Assembly (NCBI GenBank): GCA_964019335.1
Contig: OZ025755.1
Span: 124,001-188,000, forward strand
Direction of reading: 5' to 3'
Length of the DNA stretch: 64,000 bases
From: Diplonema japonicum
Lineage: Eukaryota > Protista > Euglenozoa: Diplonemea
Each line of letters opens with the position of its first letter. Within the stretch, counting starts at the first letter, position 1. A program made the position numbers and the translations under genes. Below are positions 62,845-64,000 of the stretch, in pieces. Below the pieces are notes generated by a model. That model made no database searches and was not told where the DNA came from. It was given only the letters and a program-made list of their open reading frames with translations.

Positions 62845-63395
62845 GGTGTCTTTGAAGGGAACCTGCAGTATGTGACAGGATCGCCTAACGACAATCAACT
62901 CATCTAGTGTTTGATCCCTTCTGTCGTGGTAGTGCCTTAGGCCCGTCGTAGTATCTCATCAGCAGCTTGGGCGTGAAACCAACTAGCGAGTTGTTGAGGA
63001 TGCAATGCGTTCGCATTTGTTCCTCTAGGATCGAGTGGGTGACCTTCGGGGACGCGAAGATCGGACGAGTGGAGTATCCAGTGACGGCATGGCTGTGGAG
63101 CCCTAGGGTGCGTAGTGAGTGTACTGACTTCATAGTTTTTGCCGGAATCAGATGATTCCCCGTCCCTTTTAGATGGATCCTTTCTAAGACGCTGAGAATC
63201 CTGCCGAGCTTTCTCGCCCAGCATGCTATGTCTTCACCACCCATGTGGAGCCTTTCCGTTGCAATGAGGTCGACCGCCAGTTCCGCCTTAGAAACTTGCC
63301 CGCCGTCCTCGCCCCATTTTAGGGCCTTTAACCAGTTGAGGACAAATGGGATTAGGCCTGGGAAGTATTTCTTCTGCAGCCCATGCTCGTGGTAC
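62845..63395 (-). mobile_element. 5'-truncated non-LTR retrotransposon (LINE-like) 3' fragment
   Basis: Open frame without its own start: ..VLNWLKALKWGEDGGQVSKAELAVDL..VHSLRTLGL..GYSTRP, stop at 62900, then a short 3' terminus also present at 31895. The motif resembles C-termini of protist LINE ORFs (from recollection, not searched). Confidence 0.55.
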
Positions 63396-64000
63396 CAAAA
63401 AAAAAAAAAAAAAAAAAAAAAGAAGAAATTAATTTTCTGGGCTCTCGGCTCTGTACCTGGCGCTTTTGTTACTTTTTTATTTTATATCTTTTTCTTTTTT
63501 TATTTGGTTTTGGGGAGGTGGTTCTGTACAGGTCGTGGTTGTGTCGTTGTTCCTGCTGTGGCCCATTTTTTTTTCTTCTTCTTTTTTTCATTTTTGTTTT
63601 AATTTATGTAAGTGTGTGTGTAAAAAGACCTGGAGAGTGTGGATGGGTTGGATGTTACTAGGGGATCACGAATAAATGGAAACGACGCTGGTTTTATCAT
63701 TCACATAATAGGAAGGGGAACACGTCTCCTGCAACCTTCTTTTTTTAATCGAGGGGAAGCTGGTAAATAAAGACCGTGGACTTGCGACTAAGCCTAGAGA
63801 AGGGGAAAAGAAAAAAAAAAAAATAGGAAGAAAATACGGTGACTTTAGATCCTCTTCCAAAGCACCTGATTTCCCCACATTTTTTTAATTCTCTTTTTTC
63901 TTTTCTTTTTTTTTTTTTTTTTGGCCAGCTACTTTACACCATTTCTCCCCTTCCGACAGTCTGGAAAAAAAAAAAAGAGAGAGAGGAATAAAAAAAAAAA

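Noticed and set aside
1-64000. tRNA, rRNA, SL RNA or snRNA genes; prokaryotic operon or defence island
   Set aside because: No recognisable RNA-gene signatures. Spliceosomal introns and the gene content show the window is eukaryotic.

Overview
Eukaryotic (protist) nuclear DNA, most consistent with a diplonemid-type euglenozoan; this is inferred from gene organisation and protein families, not proven. About 23 protein genes or pseudogenes all lie on the minus strand, some only 70-150 bp apart, and are punctuated by long A/T/G/C homopolymers, as in a polycistronic, SL-trans-spliced gene cluster. I reconstructed 7 short (36-61 nt) GT-AG introns plus a possible 27-nt one; most contain an A-tract where a polypyrimidine tract is expected. 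Housekeeping-type genes are a PPR protein, HemK2/N6AMT1, RPF1, a VOC protein, an AAA+ ATPase, a C2/ZZ membrane protein and a MAPEG protein. They are mixed with secreted or surface genes: two FPPPPPL-tailed paralogs, two phosphoesterase-CBM1 copies, a giant Asp/Lys-repeat membrane protein and an LVIVD-WSC protein. Mobile DNA includes a 1.66-kb TIR element with a 6-bp TSD and a SAP-like frame, a LINE 3' fragment, a 22-bp satellite and a small palindromic dispersed repeat. The most interesting region is 27.5-31 kb. There a Crypton-like tyrosine-recombinase element with branched GNA-triloop DNA hairpins has a duplicated end that brackets an intron-containing PD-(D/E)xK nuclease-like gene, next to a Ubl-LRR pseudogene. 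All assignments come from reading motifs by eye; no searches were run.
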